Shown one piece after another: positions 9,375 to 19,514 of a stretch of DNA of 64,000 nt (within the stretch, counting starts at the first letter, position 1; every line of letters begins with the position of its first letter). The position numbers were made by a program, and so were the translations under genes. The notes below the pieces were generated by a model. That model saw nothing but the letters and a program-made list of their open reading frames with translations. It ran no database searches and was not told the DNA's origin. Source of the DNA: Gemmatimonadota bacterium (GTDB lineage Bacteria; Gemmatimonadota; Gemmatimonadetes; Gemmatimonadales; GWC2-71-9); assembly GCA_036679645.1 (NCBI GenBank), contig JAZDCY010000056.1, forward strand, positions 93,820 to 157,819. The letters run 5' to 3'.

Positions 9375-10696
9375 CACTATGTGGCATAACACTTTTCGTG
9401 GGTTCGTCGGCCTCGCGGCGGTTGCCGTTGTGGCTCCATCTGCGGCTGCGCAACGCGCCGAGGTCGTGGGATACTCCCTCTCGACATCGTCCCGGGAAGC
9501 GCTCCTCACCTTCCATCTGACCGATGGAGCGACGCTGCCGGTCGGCCTTGTCGGCGGTACGGTGCGGATCGGCGAGGCCGCCGTGGGCGGCTACTCCCCT
9601 GGCGGGCAGCTCGAGTCTCAGTGGCGTGCCTTCCTGAATCAGTCCGCGGTCCTGTCGACCGCCGAGCTAATCGCGGCGGTCCACGAATGGGCGCCGGATG
9701 GTCTGGGCGATGGCGACCGGGAATCTGCCGGGATGCTGCGCGAGCTGTTCGTCCAGCTCCAGGCGGCCGCGATTACCACCCGGTTTCCGGCGGTCCCGCC
9801 CGTCCCGCAGATAGCCGGTGTTGGCAAAGTCAACCCGGCGATGGCGGGGGAAATCGCTGACGATGTGGTTGTCGCGACCGAGCTGGCAACTCGCATTGCA
9901 GAGGCGGTCGCTGGGGCGAGCGAAGCCCGCGAGCGCGCGTCGGGGGCCAGGGCGCTGCGCGACCGGATTCGCAACACGGTGCGGACGCGCGTGCGCGGCA
10001 ATACGCGGGATCGGGTTCAGCTTACATTCGGCGACCACGAGTCCCGGTCGGTCGGGGCCGTCGGACCCGTCGAAGCCGCCTGGCATGGGCTGCTTGGCGT
10101 CCTGGGAACGTTCGTGGCCCTGATGGGTGTGGGCTTTGGCGTGAGCTTCTTTGCCGACCGGCAGCTAGACGTCATGGCGGACACGGTGCAGAACTCGTTT
10201 GGCCGGTCGTTCTATGCTGGTGGGACTCACGCTCACCGTGATCGGCGTCCTGGTCATACCGATGGCGATAATAGCGTTCGTCGCCGCTCTGGCCGCTGCC
10301 GTCGCCGGCGGGTATCTGGCCGTCGCCCGGGTCGCCGGGGCCAAGTTCCTGTCCCGGAAACAACAGGACTACGGGGTCGAGGGTGCTGGCATGTTGCGGT
10401 CCCTCGCCTACGGCGTCGGCATCCTCCTGGCCATCTGGCTCCCAGCCGTGCTCCTGGGGTCGGCACCGGTTGCCGGATCGATCCTGACATGGACTGCCGT
10501 TGCAGCCACGTGGGGACTGGCCACGACGGGCTTTGGCGCCGCCATTCTGACGCGCGGTGGTCTGCGCGGCACCTTTGGACAGCGGTTCGCGCCGCATGCA
10601 ATCGCCCCCGATCACGTCTTCGCCGAACCTCTCGAAGACCCGCTGGCGACCAAGGTCGACACGGCCGAGTGGCTGGCAGAGGGAAGCCGGAAGTGA
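9367..10696 (+). pseudogene. Signal-peptide multi-TM envelope-stress membrane protein with frameshift at ~10214-10221
   Basis: Frame 1 is sensible up to SFGRSFYAG. The hydrophobic continuation MLVGLTLTVIGVLVIP...GLRGTFG lies in another frame (10199-10696). Confidence 0.7.
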
Positions 10697-11547
10697 GACG
10701 CCGCATCACGTTGCTGGCCAGCCTGGCCGTGCTTGCGACGGCTGGCTTGGCAAGCGCGCAGTCCTACCGCACGGTCGTGGAGTCACGACAGATGAGTGGT
10801 GAGCGAGACCTGAGTGTGAGCATCGGGTTCGCGGTTGGGCACATCCTGGTCGCACCCGCGCAGGGCCGCGAGCTTTACCGGCTCTCGATGGTCTACGACG
10901 AGGATTTCTTCCGACCCGATGTCCGGTACCGTGAGTCTCGCAACCGGCTCCGGGCCGAGCTCGAGTCGCTCGGTCGGCACGGTCGCCAGGACGCAGATCT
11001 GGACCAGCAGATCGACCTCGTCATCTCGCCATCGGTAGCGCTGGATCTGCATCTCAAGTTCGGCGCAGCGGAAGCGGATCTCGAGCTGGGCGGTCTGTCG
11101 CTCACGGAGGGACATATCGAGACCGGTGCGAGCGAAACAACCGTTCGCTTCTCCGCACCCAACCGCGCCGTCTGCGAGTCACTGCGATTTGAGGTCGGTG
11201 CCGCAGAGTTTGAAGCGCTGAATCTCGCAAACGCCCGCTGTCGCCTTATCAAGCTCTCCGCAGGCCTGGCTGAGATACTGCTCGACTTCACCGGTGAGTG
11301 GAGTGACGCGATCGAGACCAAGGTGGACATCGAGATGGGGTTGGGTGAGGTCCGACTGCGCTTCCCCGAAGACCTCGGCGTCCGGATCCGGGTCGATCGG
11401 TTTCTCGTCAGCGTCGATCGCAACGGCTTCGACAAGCGCGGCTCGACCTACACGTCGCGCAACTGGGACGACGTGACTACACACATCGAGATCGATATCG
11501 AGGCCGCACTCGGTAGCGTCGAAGTGGAGTGGGTGCCCAACCGGTAG
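10693..11547 (+). CDS. Exported LiaF/toast-rack-like beta protein
   Basis: GTG overlaps the upstream TGA. Signal peptide RRRITLLASLAVLATAGLASA; repeated G-A-(A/S)-E beta motifs; IEAALGSVEV C-terminus. Confidence 0.7.
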   Translation: MRRRITLLASLAVLATAGLASAQSYRTVVESRQMSGERDLSVSIGFAVGHILVAPAQGRELYRLSMVYDEDFFRPDVRYRESRNRLRAELESLGRHGRQDADLDQQIDLVISPSVALDLHLKFGAAEADLELGGLSLTEGHIETGASETTVRFSAPNRAVCESLRFEVGAAEFEALNLANARCRLIKLSAGLAEILLDFTGEWSDAIETKVDIEMGLGEVRLRFPEDLGVRIRVDRFLVSVDRNGFDKRGSTYTSRNWDDVTTHIEIDIEAALGSVEVEWVPNR

Positions 11548-11633
11548 GCACACCGCAGATCTGTGGACGAGTGAAGGCGCTCCGCGATCACCGCGGGGCG
11601 CTTCTTGCATCACCCTAGTATCTTCTTCCTCCC

Positions 11634-12617
11634 ATGTCGGTCACGATTCGACGCGCGGGCCCCGCCGATGCGGCAGCCCTGACGGCGATCGCCCTTGCGG
11701 CGAAATCACACTGGGGATACCCCGACGCCTGGCTCGCAGAGTGGCGACCGCAACTCACGCTCGCTCCCGACTACGTAACCCGTAATCCGGTGTTCGTCCT
11801 CGAAGAGTCACGGGAACCGGTCGGATTCTGCGCCCTCGCGCGTGAACCGGAACATTGGCTACTCGATCACCTGTGGGTGTCTCCCGCCGCGCACGGTCGT
11901 GGGTACGGACGCGCGCTGTTTCGACATGCCGTTTCGTACGCCGCCGCTGAAGCACCTGCGCTCGCGGTCCGCATCGAGTCCGATCCAAACGCCGAAGCGT
12001 TCTACGCCCACATGGGCGCACGGCGCACTAGCACCCACCCAGGGCCAGTGTGCGGACTGCCGCGCGAACTCCCCGTCCTCATCTATGAGACCCAAATGAT
12101 CATTTCACGACCCGCTCCCGACGAGTACGCCCCCTACTACGGCGGCTACATCGACCAGGTACCGGACGGTGACGTCTTGGACCTGTTGCAACACCAGATC
12201 GGGCAGACGACCGACCTCATCTCGGGCGTAGCACCTGAGCGCGGCACATATCGTTATGCGCCGGAGAAATGGTGCCTCAACGACGTCCTCGGGCACCTTT
12301 GCGACACCGAGCGCGTTTTCACCTATCGGGCACTCCGCTTCAGCCGCGGCGATGCACAGGCACTGCCCGGCATGGAGCAAGACGACTACGTGACCGGAGC
12401 GAACTTCGCGGACCGCTCGACGGCGGACCTGCTGGAAGAACTCCAAACGGTTCGTGCCGCGACCATCACACTTTTGCGTTCGCTGACGCCCGAGATGCTC
12501 GCGCGGCGGGGCACGGCAAGCGATTGCCAGTTCACGGCCCGCGCCATTGCCTATGTCATTGCGGGACACGAGCGACATCATGTGCAGGTGCTCCGCGAAC
12601 GCTACCTCGAACGCTGA
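11634..12617 (+). CDS. GNAT acetyltransferase-DinB family fusion
   Basis: N-half SHWGYP..W, LDHLWVSP..HGRGYGRAL, SDPNAEAFY. C-half RPAPDEYAPYY, RYAPEKW...GHLCDTERVF, GHERHH. Confidence 0.8.
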   Translation: MSVTIRRAGPADAAALTAIALAAKSHWGYPDAWLAEWRPQLTLAPDYVTRNPVFVLEESREPVGFCALAREPEHWLLDHLWVSPAAHGRGYGRALFRHAVSYAAAEAPALAVRIESDPNAEAFYAHMGARRTSTHPGPVCGLPRELPVLIYETQMIISRPAPDEYAPYYGGYIDQVPDGDVLDLLQHQIGQTTDLISGVAPERGTYRYAPEKWCLNDVLGHLCDTERVFTYRALRFSRGDAQALPGMEQDDYVTGANFADRSTADLLEELQTVRAATITLLRSLTPEMLARRGTASDCQFTARAIAYVIAGHERHHVQVLRERYLER

Positions 12618-12642
12618 ACGCCGAACCAAGGGAAGCCAACCC

Positions 12643-13824
12643 ATGGCGCAACTCCATCCGGGATCAAAGGATCGGCGTGCTCATGTCCGGCGTTGGGGCT
12701 GGACGCTCGCTGCGGGAGCGTTCGCCTGCGGGCCTTCGCTGGTTCCGACAGTGCCGGCCCCGGTGGTTCTTGCTGGAGCAATCGAGCACTCGGTCTTCTT
12801 CATCGGCGATGCCGGCGCTCCGGCCGTGCCCACCGATCCGGTCCTGATCGCCCTCCGCGCCGCGGCATCCGAGCACCCGGAGCGGAACAGCATCGTATTT
12901 CTCGGAGACAACGTGTACCCCATGGGGATGCCGGTGCGGGACGATCCGTCCCGGCAGGAATCGGAGCGGCGGCTCCAGGCACAGATCGATGCCGTGCCGC
13001 AGGGCGCCCGGGGCATCTTCGTCATGGGGAACCACGACTGGATTCGCGGCCGCGAGGGCGGGTTGGCAGCCGTTCGGCGCCAACTGGCCTACATCGCCGA
13101 TGCCGGCCGACCACTCGTCGTTGCGGCACCGACCGGTGGCTGCCCCGGGCCCGCGGTGATCGACGTCAGCGCGCGACTGCGCCTGGTGATGCTCGGCACC
13201 CAATGGTGGCTCCACGGGAGCGAGCGGCCCTCCGACCCGGCCTCCGCGTGCATCGCCGACTCGGAAGCGGAGGTCACCGACTCGCTCCGCACCGTCGTGC
13301 AAGCAGGTCCCGATCGCATCGTCTTGGTCGCCGGACACCACCCTTTGCGCTCAGGCGGGGTGCACGGCGGCAAGTTCGACTGGAAGGACCACATCTTCCC
13401 GCTGCGAGTCTGGAAGTCGTGGCTCTGGTTACCGCTTCCGATTATCGGGTCGCTGTATCCGCTGGTGCGGGGATCTGGCTTCTCGGCGCAGGACCTGGGC
13501 TCGGGACGCTACCAGACGATGCGGGACTCGATCGTCGCCGCCTTTGGCAGCCATCCGCCGCTTGCGTATGCAGCGGGGCACGAGCACAATCTGCAGGTTC
13601 TGGACGGCATGGGAGCTCGCTATCTCCTCGTATCGGGAGCCGGCATCTACGATCACCTCAGCCAGGCATTCCGACTCGAGGGTTCACTGTACGCGCGGGC
13701 CGCGAGCGGTTTCATCCGCATCGATCTCCTCCGAGATGGACGCGTTCGCCTCGCGGTGCTCTTGGCGGATGGAGACGGCCGGTTGACCGAGGATTTCTCG
13801 ATGTGGCTGGAGGAGAACCGATGA
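12643..13824 (+). CDS. Exported calcineurin-like metallophosphoesterase (probable lipoprotein)
   Basis: IGDAG, LGDNVY, GNHD, GHHP and GHEH motifs. LAAGAFAC lipobox-like N-terminus. Confidence 0.85.
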   Translation: MAQLHPGSKDRRAHVRRWGWTLAAGAFACGPSLVPTVPAPVVLAGAIEHSVFFIGDAGAPAVPTDPVLIALRAAASEHPERNSIVFLGDNVYPMGMPVRDDPSRQESERRLQAQIDAVPQGARGIFVMGNHDWIRGREGGLAAVRRQLAYIADAGRPLVVAAPTGGCPGPAVIDVSARLRLVMLGTQWWLHGSERPSDPASACIADSEAEVTDSLRTVVQAGPDRIVLVAGHHPLRSGGVHGGKFDWKDHIFPLRVWKSWLWLPLPIIGSLYPLVRGSGFSAQDLGSGRYQTMRDSIVAAFGSHPPLAYAAGHEHNLQVLDGMGARYLLVSGAGIYDHLSQAFRLEGSLYARAASGFIRIDLLRDGRVRLAVLLADGDGRLTEDFSMWLEENR

Positions 13825-16373
13825 GACGCAAGGTACCCGGCACGGCGCTCCTGTTGGCAGCCGTCTCAGTCGCGGGTCCCTCATCGACGCATGCACAACA
13901 GCGCGATAGCGTCCGGATCGCGGCCGGCTCCCAATACGATGCAGGTGGGTTCCACCGCCTCCTGTTCGGCGGTGATTATCGCGACCTGTGGCGTACCCCG
14001 ATCTCTGTGCTCATGCTCGACCTGGATACGGCGAGCGGCGGCCTCACACCGACGACCGCAGGTGGAGGATTCCAGACGAAGTCCCTGCGCTTCCGCGACG
14101 CGAACGGGTTCCTCTATGGATTTCGGTCGGTGGACAAGGACCCCGCCGTCCTGCCGGACGAGTTGGCCGGAACCTTCGTCGAGGACCTCGTACGGGACCA
14201 GACAAGCTCGGCCCATCCTGCCGGCTCCGGAATCGTTCCACCGTTATTGGAGGCGGTGGGCATTCTCCACACGGAGCCCCGGCTCGTCGTCCTCCCCGAC
14301 GACCCCAGGCTCGGTGTGTTCCGGGAACGCTTTGCCGGGACGTTGGGCTATTTCGAGCTGCGTGGAATTGTGGAACCCGGCGCGCAACGGTTCGCCAACG
14401 CGCTAGAGATTCTCGACAGCGACGACGTATACCCAATGGTGCGGCAGAGCCCGGCACATCGTATTGACACCCGCCAGTTTCTCACAGCACGGCTCATCGA
14501 TCTCTTGATCGGCGATTGGGATCGTCACCGGGGCCAGTGGGGCTGGGCGCGCTTCGATGACGCAACCGTCACCTATTGGACTCCCATACCCGAGGACCGC
14601 GATCAGGCCTTTGCGCGCTTCGACGGCCTGTTCCTGTCGCTGGGACGGGCAGCGGCCCCGCAGCTCGTGAACTTCGGCGATGACTATCCCAACATGGTGG
14701 GCCTCACGTGGAACGGGCGGGAGAGCGACCGGTGGTTTCTCGTCCAGCTGGAAAAATCCGTGTGGGATTCGGTGGCTGCCGCGGTGCAGGCGCGAATCAC
14801 GGACGCGGTCATCGACGCCGCGGTCGCGGGCATGCCCGTCGAGTATCAGGCAATCGACGGCGACCGCATGCGCCGGGCGTTGCGCGCGCGCCGCGACAAA
14901 CTGCTCGAGGCAACCGACCGGTTCTACCGCGTGATCGTGGGAGAGGTTGACCTCCACGCAACGGAGGCGGCGGAGTTCGTAACGATCGACCGACATGCCG
15001 ACGGCAATGTGACCGTCGAGATCACCGAGCGTCGTCCCGGCGCAACTCCCTGGCTCCGCCGCACGTTCGACGCGAGCGAGACCAGCGAAATACGGCTCTA
15101 TCTCTATGGCGGCAACGATCGCGTCGTCGTGCGCGGGGACGGGCGAGGCATTGGCTTGCGGATCATCGGAGGTGGGAGCGACGAGGTGGTGGATTCCTCG
15201 CGTGCCGGCGGCGTCAGGTTCTATGCGACGGGGGTCGATCGCACGAGTGGGCCCACCGGGGTGCAGGTGGACCGCCGCGTGTACACGCCACCAGCCAAAC
15301 GGTTCGAGAGGGAACTGCCGCCACGCGATTGGGGCCACCGCTGGATGCCGGTGCTCTGGGCCGGTGGCGGGCCCGACATCGGTGCATTCGCGGGATTCGG
15401 CGCGTTTGTAACTCGGTGGGGATTCCGCAAGCTGCCGTACACATATCGGATTCGCGTACGCGGTGGCTACGCCACGGCAGCAAGGGCATTCCGGACCGAC
15501 CTGCTCGCGACGTTCTATCGCATGAATTCCCGGATCCACGGTGACGTGTACGTCCGTGCGTCCGGAATCGAGGTGCTACGCTTCCACGGTCTAGGAAACG
15601 AGACGCAGCTCGACCGCCCGGATGATTTTTACCGTGTCACCCAGGACCAATACACTATCCAGCCGACGGTCACCGTTCCGCTGGGAACCCCCGCGACAAT
15701 CACGTTCGGGCCTCTCGCGACCATCAGCGATACCGAGGCGCAACCGAACCGGATCATCGATTCACTCCAATCACTCCAACCGTTATACGGGGCCGGACAC
15801 TTCAGTCAGGTCGGATGGCAGACTAGCGTGAGGTTCGATACCCGGGACGTCGCGGCCGCGGCTTCGCGGGGGGTAGCCATCGACGTTGGCGGCTCGGTCT
15901 ACCCCGAGCTGCTCGACGTGGTAACGACCTTTGGTGAGGCCCACGCCACGGCATCGACATATCTCTCCGTCGGTGGCCCGGGCGCGCCCGCAGCAACGCT
16001 TGCCCTCCGCGCCGGTGGAAAGAAAGTCTGGGGAACTTTCCCCTTCCACGAGGCCGCTTTCATAGGAGATGACGCGACGGTGCGCCTGGGCCGCCAAAAT
16101 CGTTTCGGCGGTGACGCCGCCGCGTGGGGCAACGCGGAACTCCGGCTGCGGGTGGCAAAGATCTCCTTTCCCTTGCCGGGCCATTTCGGCCTGCTAGGCC
16201 TCGCGGACGCCGGACGCGTGTTCCTCGAGGGCGAATCGTCGGACGACTGGCATACGGCGTTCGGAGGCGGCATCTGGTTTTCCTTCCTCCAACCGTCGAA
16301 TACCATAAGCGCGGCGGTTGCGCACAATAGTGAAGACGTGCGGTTGTATGTACGGGCCGGGTTTGCTTACTGA
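13821..16373 (+). CDS. Omp85/BamA-TamA-type barrel protein with N-terminal atypical kinase-like domain
   Basis: ATGA overlap with the phosphoesterase; signal peptide; GGGFQTKSL, IGDWDRHRGQW, PEDRDQAF; amphipathic beta C-half ending YVRAGFAY. Confidence 0.8.
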   Translation: MRRKVPGTALLLAAVSVAGPSSTHAQQRDSVRIAAGSQYDAGGFHRLLFGGDYRDLWRTPISVLMLDLDTASGGLTPTTAGGGFQTKSLRFRDANGFLYGFRSVDKDPAVLPDELAGTFVEDLVRDQTSSAHPAGSGIVPPLLEAVGILHTEPRLVVLPDDPRLGVFRERFAGTLGYFELRGIVEPGAQRFANALEILDSDDVYPMVRQSPAHRIDTRQFLTARLIDLLIGDWDRHRGQWGWARFDDATVTYWTPIPEDRDQAFARFDGLFLSLGRAAAPQLVNFGDDYPNMVGLTWNGRESDRWFLVQLEKSVWDSVAAAVQARITDAVIDAAVAGMPVEYQAIDGDRMRRALRARRDKLLEATDRFYRVIVGEVDLHATEAAEFVTIDRHADGNVTVEITERRPGATPWLRRTFDASETSEIRLYLYGGNDRVVVRGDGRGIGLRIIGGGSDEVVDSSRAGGVRFYATGVDRTSGPTGVQVDRRVYTPPAKRFERELPPRDWGHRWMPVLWAGGGPDIGAFAGFGAFVTRWGFRKLPYTYRIRVRGGYATAARAFRTDLLATFYRMNSRIHGDVYVRASGIEVLRFHGLGNETQLDRPDDFYRVTQDQYTIQPTVTVPLGTPATITFGPLATISDTEAQPNRIIDSLQSLQPLYGAGHFSQVGWQTSVRFDTRDVAAAASRGVAIDVGGSVYPELLDVVTTFGEAHATASTYLSVGGPGAPAATLALRAGGKKVWGTFPFHEAAFIGDDATVRLGRQNRFGGDAAAWGNAELRLRVAKISFPLPGHFGLLGLADAGRVFLEGESSDDWHTAFGGGIWFSFLQPSNTISAAVAHNSEDVRLYVRAGFAY

Positions 16374-16445
16374 CACCCCGCCATCGCTGCTAGGAGGCCC
16401 GATGACGAGCCACATGGATTCGATCGAGACGCTGGGACCTAGGCC

Positions 16446-18078
16446 GTGGAGGTAGTGAGCGACCGGGTCCGACCACTCACCACGACATCCACCAGCCAGC
16501 GCAGTTCCAGCGCGTGGACGTGGAGTCTGGCGTCGCTGCCACCGGATCTTCTCGAGCAATCGTGCAAGCGGATTGCCATCGTCGCGATGGTCTTTGCGGG
16601 GCTCTGGATGCTCCCTCTGGTTCTCAACCCGGTTGCGCTCCGATTCGCACCCGATGACCCGTTCGTGGCAGGCGCCGCGTGGCCCATGCCCGGCAGGTTA
16701 ATCGCGGGACTCGGGCTCCTGCTGTCGCTGGGAATGGTCTTCGTGGCGGCCAAGCTGCACCCCGCACCCTCCGTGCTGTTGAACACTGGGCTCGGATTCG
16801 AGGTCGCAACGGCCCTGCTGATCGGGATTCTCAATCAGTGGCAGCCCGTCCTCGTTCCCGGCCGTGCCTCCTGGATATGCATCATCATTCTGATCTATCC
16901 CGCGATCGTACCCAATACACCCACCAAGACGTTCATCGCCGCGTTTGCTGCCGCGTCGATGGACCCGCTCGGGTTCGGGATTGCCATGGCGCGCGGCGCC
17001 GTCCCCGCGGGTGAATTCACCGCCTTCACCGCCCTGTGGTATTTCCTCCCGGCGTACCTGTGTGCGGCCCTTGCAGTAGTTCCGGTACACATCATCCGGA
17101 AGCTCGGGCGACAGGTCAGCAAGGCCCGGGAGCTGGGCAGCTACCGCCTCGGCGAATCGATTGGGACAGGCGGGATGGGAGACGTCTACCGGGCGGAACA
17201 TCGGCTGCTGGCACGACCAGCCGCGATCAAGCTGATTCGCCCCGCGCTCCTTTCCACAAGCCGCCGGGAGGCGACGGTGATCCTCGAGCGATTCCGCCGC
17301 GAGGCCGAGGCGGCGGCGCTGTTGCGCTCCCCGCATACCATCGAACTCTACGATTTCGGCGTGGCCGAGGAAGGGACGTTCTACCTGGTAATGGAGCTAC
17401 TCGATGGACTCAGTTTCGAGGTGCTAGTCGAGCGATTCGGCCCGGTTCCGCCAGAACGCGCGGTGTATCTCATGCTCCAGGCCTGTGCCTCCCTGGCCGA
17501 AGCACATTCCACTGGTCTGATGCATCGTGACATCAAGCCATCCAATATCTTTACCAACCGTCTCGGGCTCGAGGTCGATTTCGTCAAAGTGCTCGATTTT
17601 GGCCTGGTCAAGGCAGACCCCGGAAACGGGGTCGAGCAATCGGACCGGCACGCCGGCGTTCATGGCGCCGGAGGTCGCGCTCGGCGAGGAGACCGCCGAC
17701 CACCGCCTCGACGTATACTCGCTTGGGGCGGTACTCTATTGGATGCTCACCGGTCAGCTTATCTTCGAGGCATCCAATCCGATCAAGATGATGCACCGAC
17801 ACATTAGAGACCAGCCGACGCCACCGTCGCAACGTACGGAACTCGACATACCACCCGAGCTCGACGACCTCGTCATGGCGTGTCTCGCGAAAGACCCTGA
17901 AGCGCGACCCGCGAACGCCGCGGCACTCGCCCATGCACTCGCCGAGATCGAGTTCCAAGAGCCGTGGACCACTGAGCGGGCGGAGCGTTGGTGGGATATG
18001 CACGTTCCAGACTGCATGACCGCCGGCGGCCCGTGCGACCAGGGAACGCTGGTACCTGCGTTGTCAGTCGCCGGGTAG
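16446..18078 (+). pseudogene. Membrane Ser/Thr kinase, frameshifted in the activation segment (~17643)
   Basis: N-terminal TM helices, GTGGMGDVY, HRDIKPSN and DFGLVK in one frame. TGTPAFMAPE..DVYSLG continues in another frame to 18078. Confidence 0.85.
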
Positions 18079-18089
18079 TCTCCACGCAC

Positions 18090-19514
18090 ATGCGCCGCGC
18101 CCTCCGAACCACCGTCGGCCTTACGGCGCTCCTTCTCGCGGGTCGTATTCCGATCATCGCGGCACAAGAGGCCGACACGGCCCGGCTTCGGAACATTCTC
18201 GATCTCAGTACGTCCCTGGAGACGCTCTCCACTCGGATAGCCCCGGCCGTCGTGCAGATCTTCACGACCGCCCTGGGACCCGTCGCGCCGGGATCCGGCG
18301 CCCAGCGAGTGGGTCTCCAACGGCGAGGTGGTTCCGGTTTCGTCCTGACATCGGACGGGTATATCCTGACGAACGCCCATGTGGTAGCGGGAGCACGCTC
18401 AGTACAGGTCCTGCTCGCACAGGCTGCCGCGCCCGATGCGCCCGGTCGGTCCGTCATACGGCCGGGGGGAAAGCGAGTGACCGGTACGGTTGTGGGGGCC
18501 GATTCAGAAACGGACTTGGCGCTCATCAAGATAGATGAGACCAATCTGCCGTTTCTCCAGTTTGGCGATTCGGACGAACTGGGCCCCGGGAACCTCGTAC
18601 TCGCCTTCGGAAGCCCCCTTGGTTTGGAGACCTCGATCAGTCTAGGCATCGTGAGCGCCGTGGGGCGGCAGCTGCGGCCGGAAAGCCCTATGGTCTATAT
18701 CCAGACAGATGCACCAATCAATCCTGGAAACAGCGGCGGTCCCCTCGTGGACACACGGGGACGTGTCATTGGCATCAACACGCTGATCCTCTCGCAGTCG
18801 GGCGGCAGCGAAGGCGTGGGCTTCGCGGTACCAAGCAACATCGCACGGAGCGTCTACGGGCAGCTCCGCAGTGCCGGGCATGTACGCCGCGGTATCGTCG
18901 GAGCCAACGTGCAGACGATCGACGTGGTCATGGCGGACGCACTTCGCCTTACGCAGGATTGGGGCGCGATCGTGACCGATGTGTTTCCGCGTTCCCCCGC
19001 CCAACAGGCGGGGCTGCAGGTGGGTGACATCATCGTCTCCCTCGATGGAAAGCCCATGGAGAACGGGCGCCAGTTCGACGTCAACGTCTATCAACGCGCC
19101 GCGGGCGACATCATCCGTCTCGACGTGCGGCGCAACCTCCAGCGGCTCTCCCTGCAGGTGCGCGTGGTTGAGCGCGACCGCGACCCGAATCGCTTCGCGG
19201 ATATGGCTCGCTCCGAAGAAAATCTGGTGCGTCGGCTCGGCATACTGGCCCTCGACGTGACGCCGGCCATTGCACGGCAGATGCCCTGGCTGCGCATGCA
19301 GACCGGCGTCGTCGTGGCCGCGCTTGCCGCCGACGTTCCGCGCATCGAGACCGGTCTCCGGGCAGGTGATGTGATTCATGCCGCGAACGGCGCCGCGGTC
19401 ACGTCGCTCGCGATGCTGGCGGCGTTCCTCAACCAGTTGGACGTGGGCGATGCGGTGGTGCTGCACGTCGGCCGGTTCGGACGTCTTCGGTTCGTTGCAT
19501 TCCGCATCGAGTAG
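18090..19514 (+). CDS. HtrA/DegP-family serine protease with two PDZ domains
   Basis: GSGF, LTNAHVV, DLALIK, IQTDAPINPGNSGGPL, two PDZ-like regions and a signal peptide. Confidence 0.93.
   Translation: MRRALRTTVGLTALLLAGRIPIIAAQEADTARLRNILDLSTSLETLSTRIAPAVVQIFTTALGPVAPGSGAQRVGLQRRGGSGFVLTSDGYILTNAHVVAGARSVQVLLAQAAAPDAPGRSVIRPGGKRVTGTVVGADSETDLALIKIDETNLPFLQFGDSDELGPGNLVLAFGSPLGLETSISLGIVSAVGRQLRPESPMVYIQTDAPINPGNSGGPLVDTRGRVIGINTLILSQSGGSEGVGFAVPSNIARSVYGQLRSAGHVRRGIVGANVQTIDVVMADALRLTQDWGAIVTDVFPRSPAQQAGLQVGDIIVSLDGKPMENGRQFDVNVYQRAAGDIIRLDVRRNLQRLSLQVRVVERDRDPNRFADMARSEENLVRRLGILALDVTPAIARQMPWLRMQTGVVVAALAADVPRIETGLRAGDVIHAANGAAVTSLAMLAAFLNQLDVGDAVVLHVGRFGRLRFVAFRIE

Noticed and set aside
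9367..11547. 726-aa ORF as a single protein
   Set aside because: The middle (10220-10692) is Arg-rich off-frame sequence. It is better explained by a frameshifted gene plus a separate gene starting at GTG 10693.
12693..13820. N-terminal 376 aa of the 1226-aa ORF (apparent phosphatase-barrel fusion)
   Set aside because: It is an alternative frame over the phosphoesterase gene. The real start with a signal peptide is ATG 13821.
16402..16455. 17-aa ORF with AGGAGG RBS before the membrane kinase
   Set aside because: Too short to support. It could be the true kinase start separated by another indel, which cannot be resolved without orthologues.
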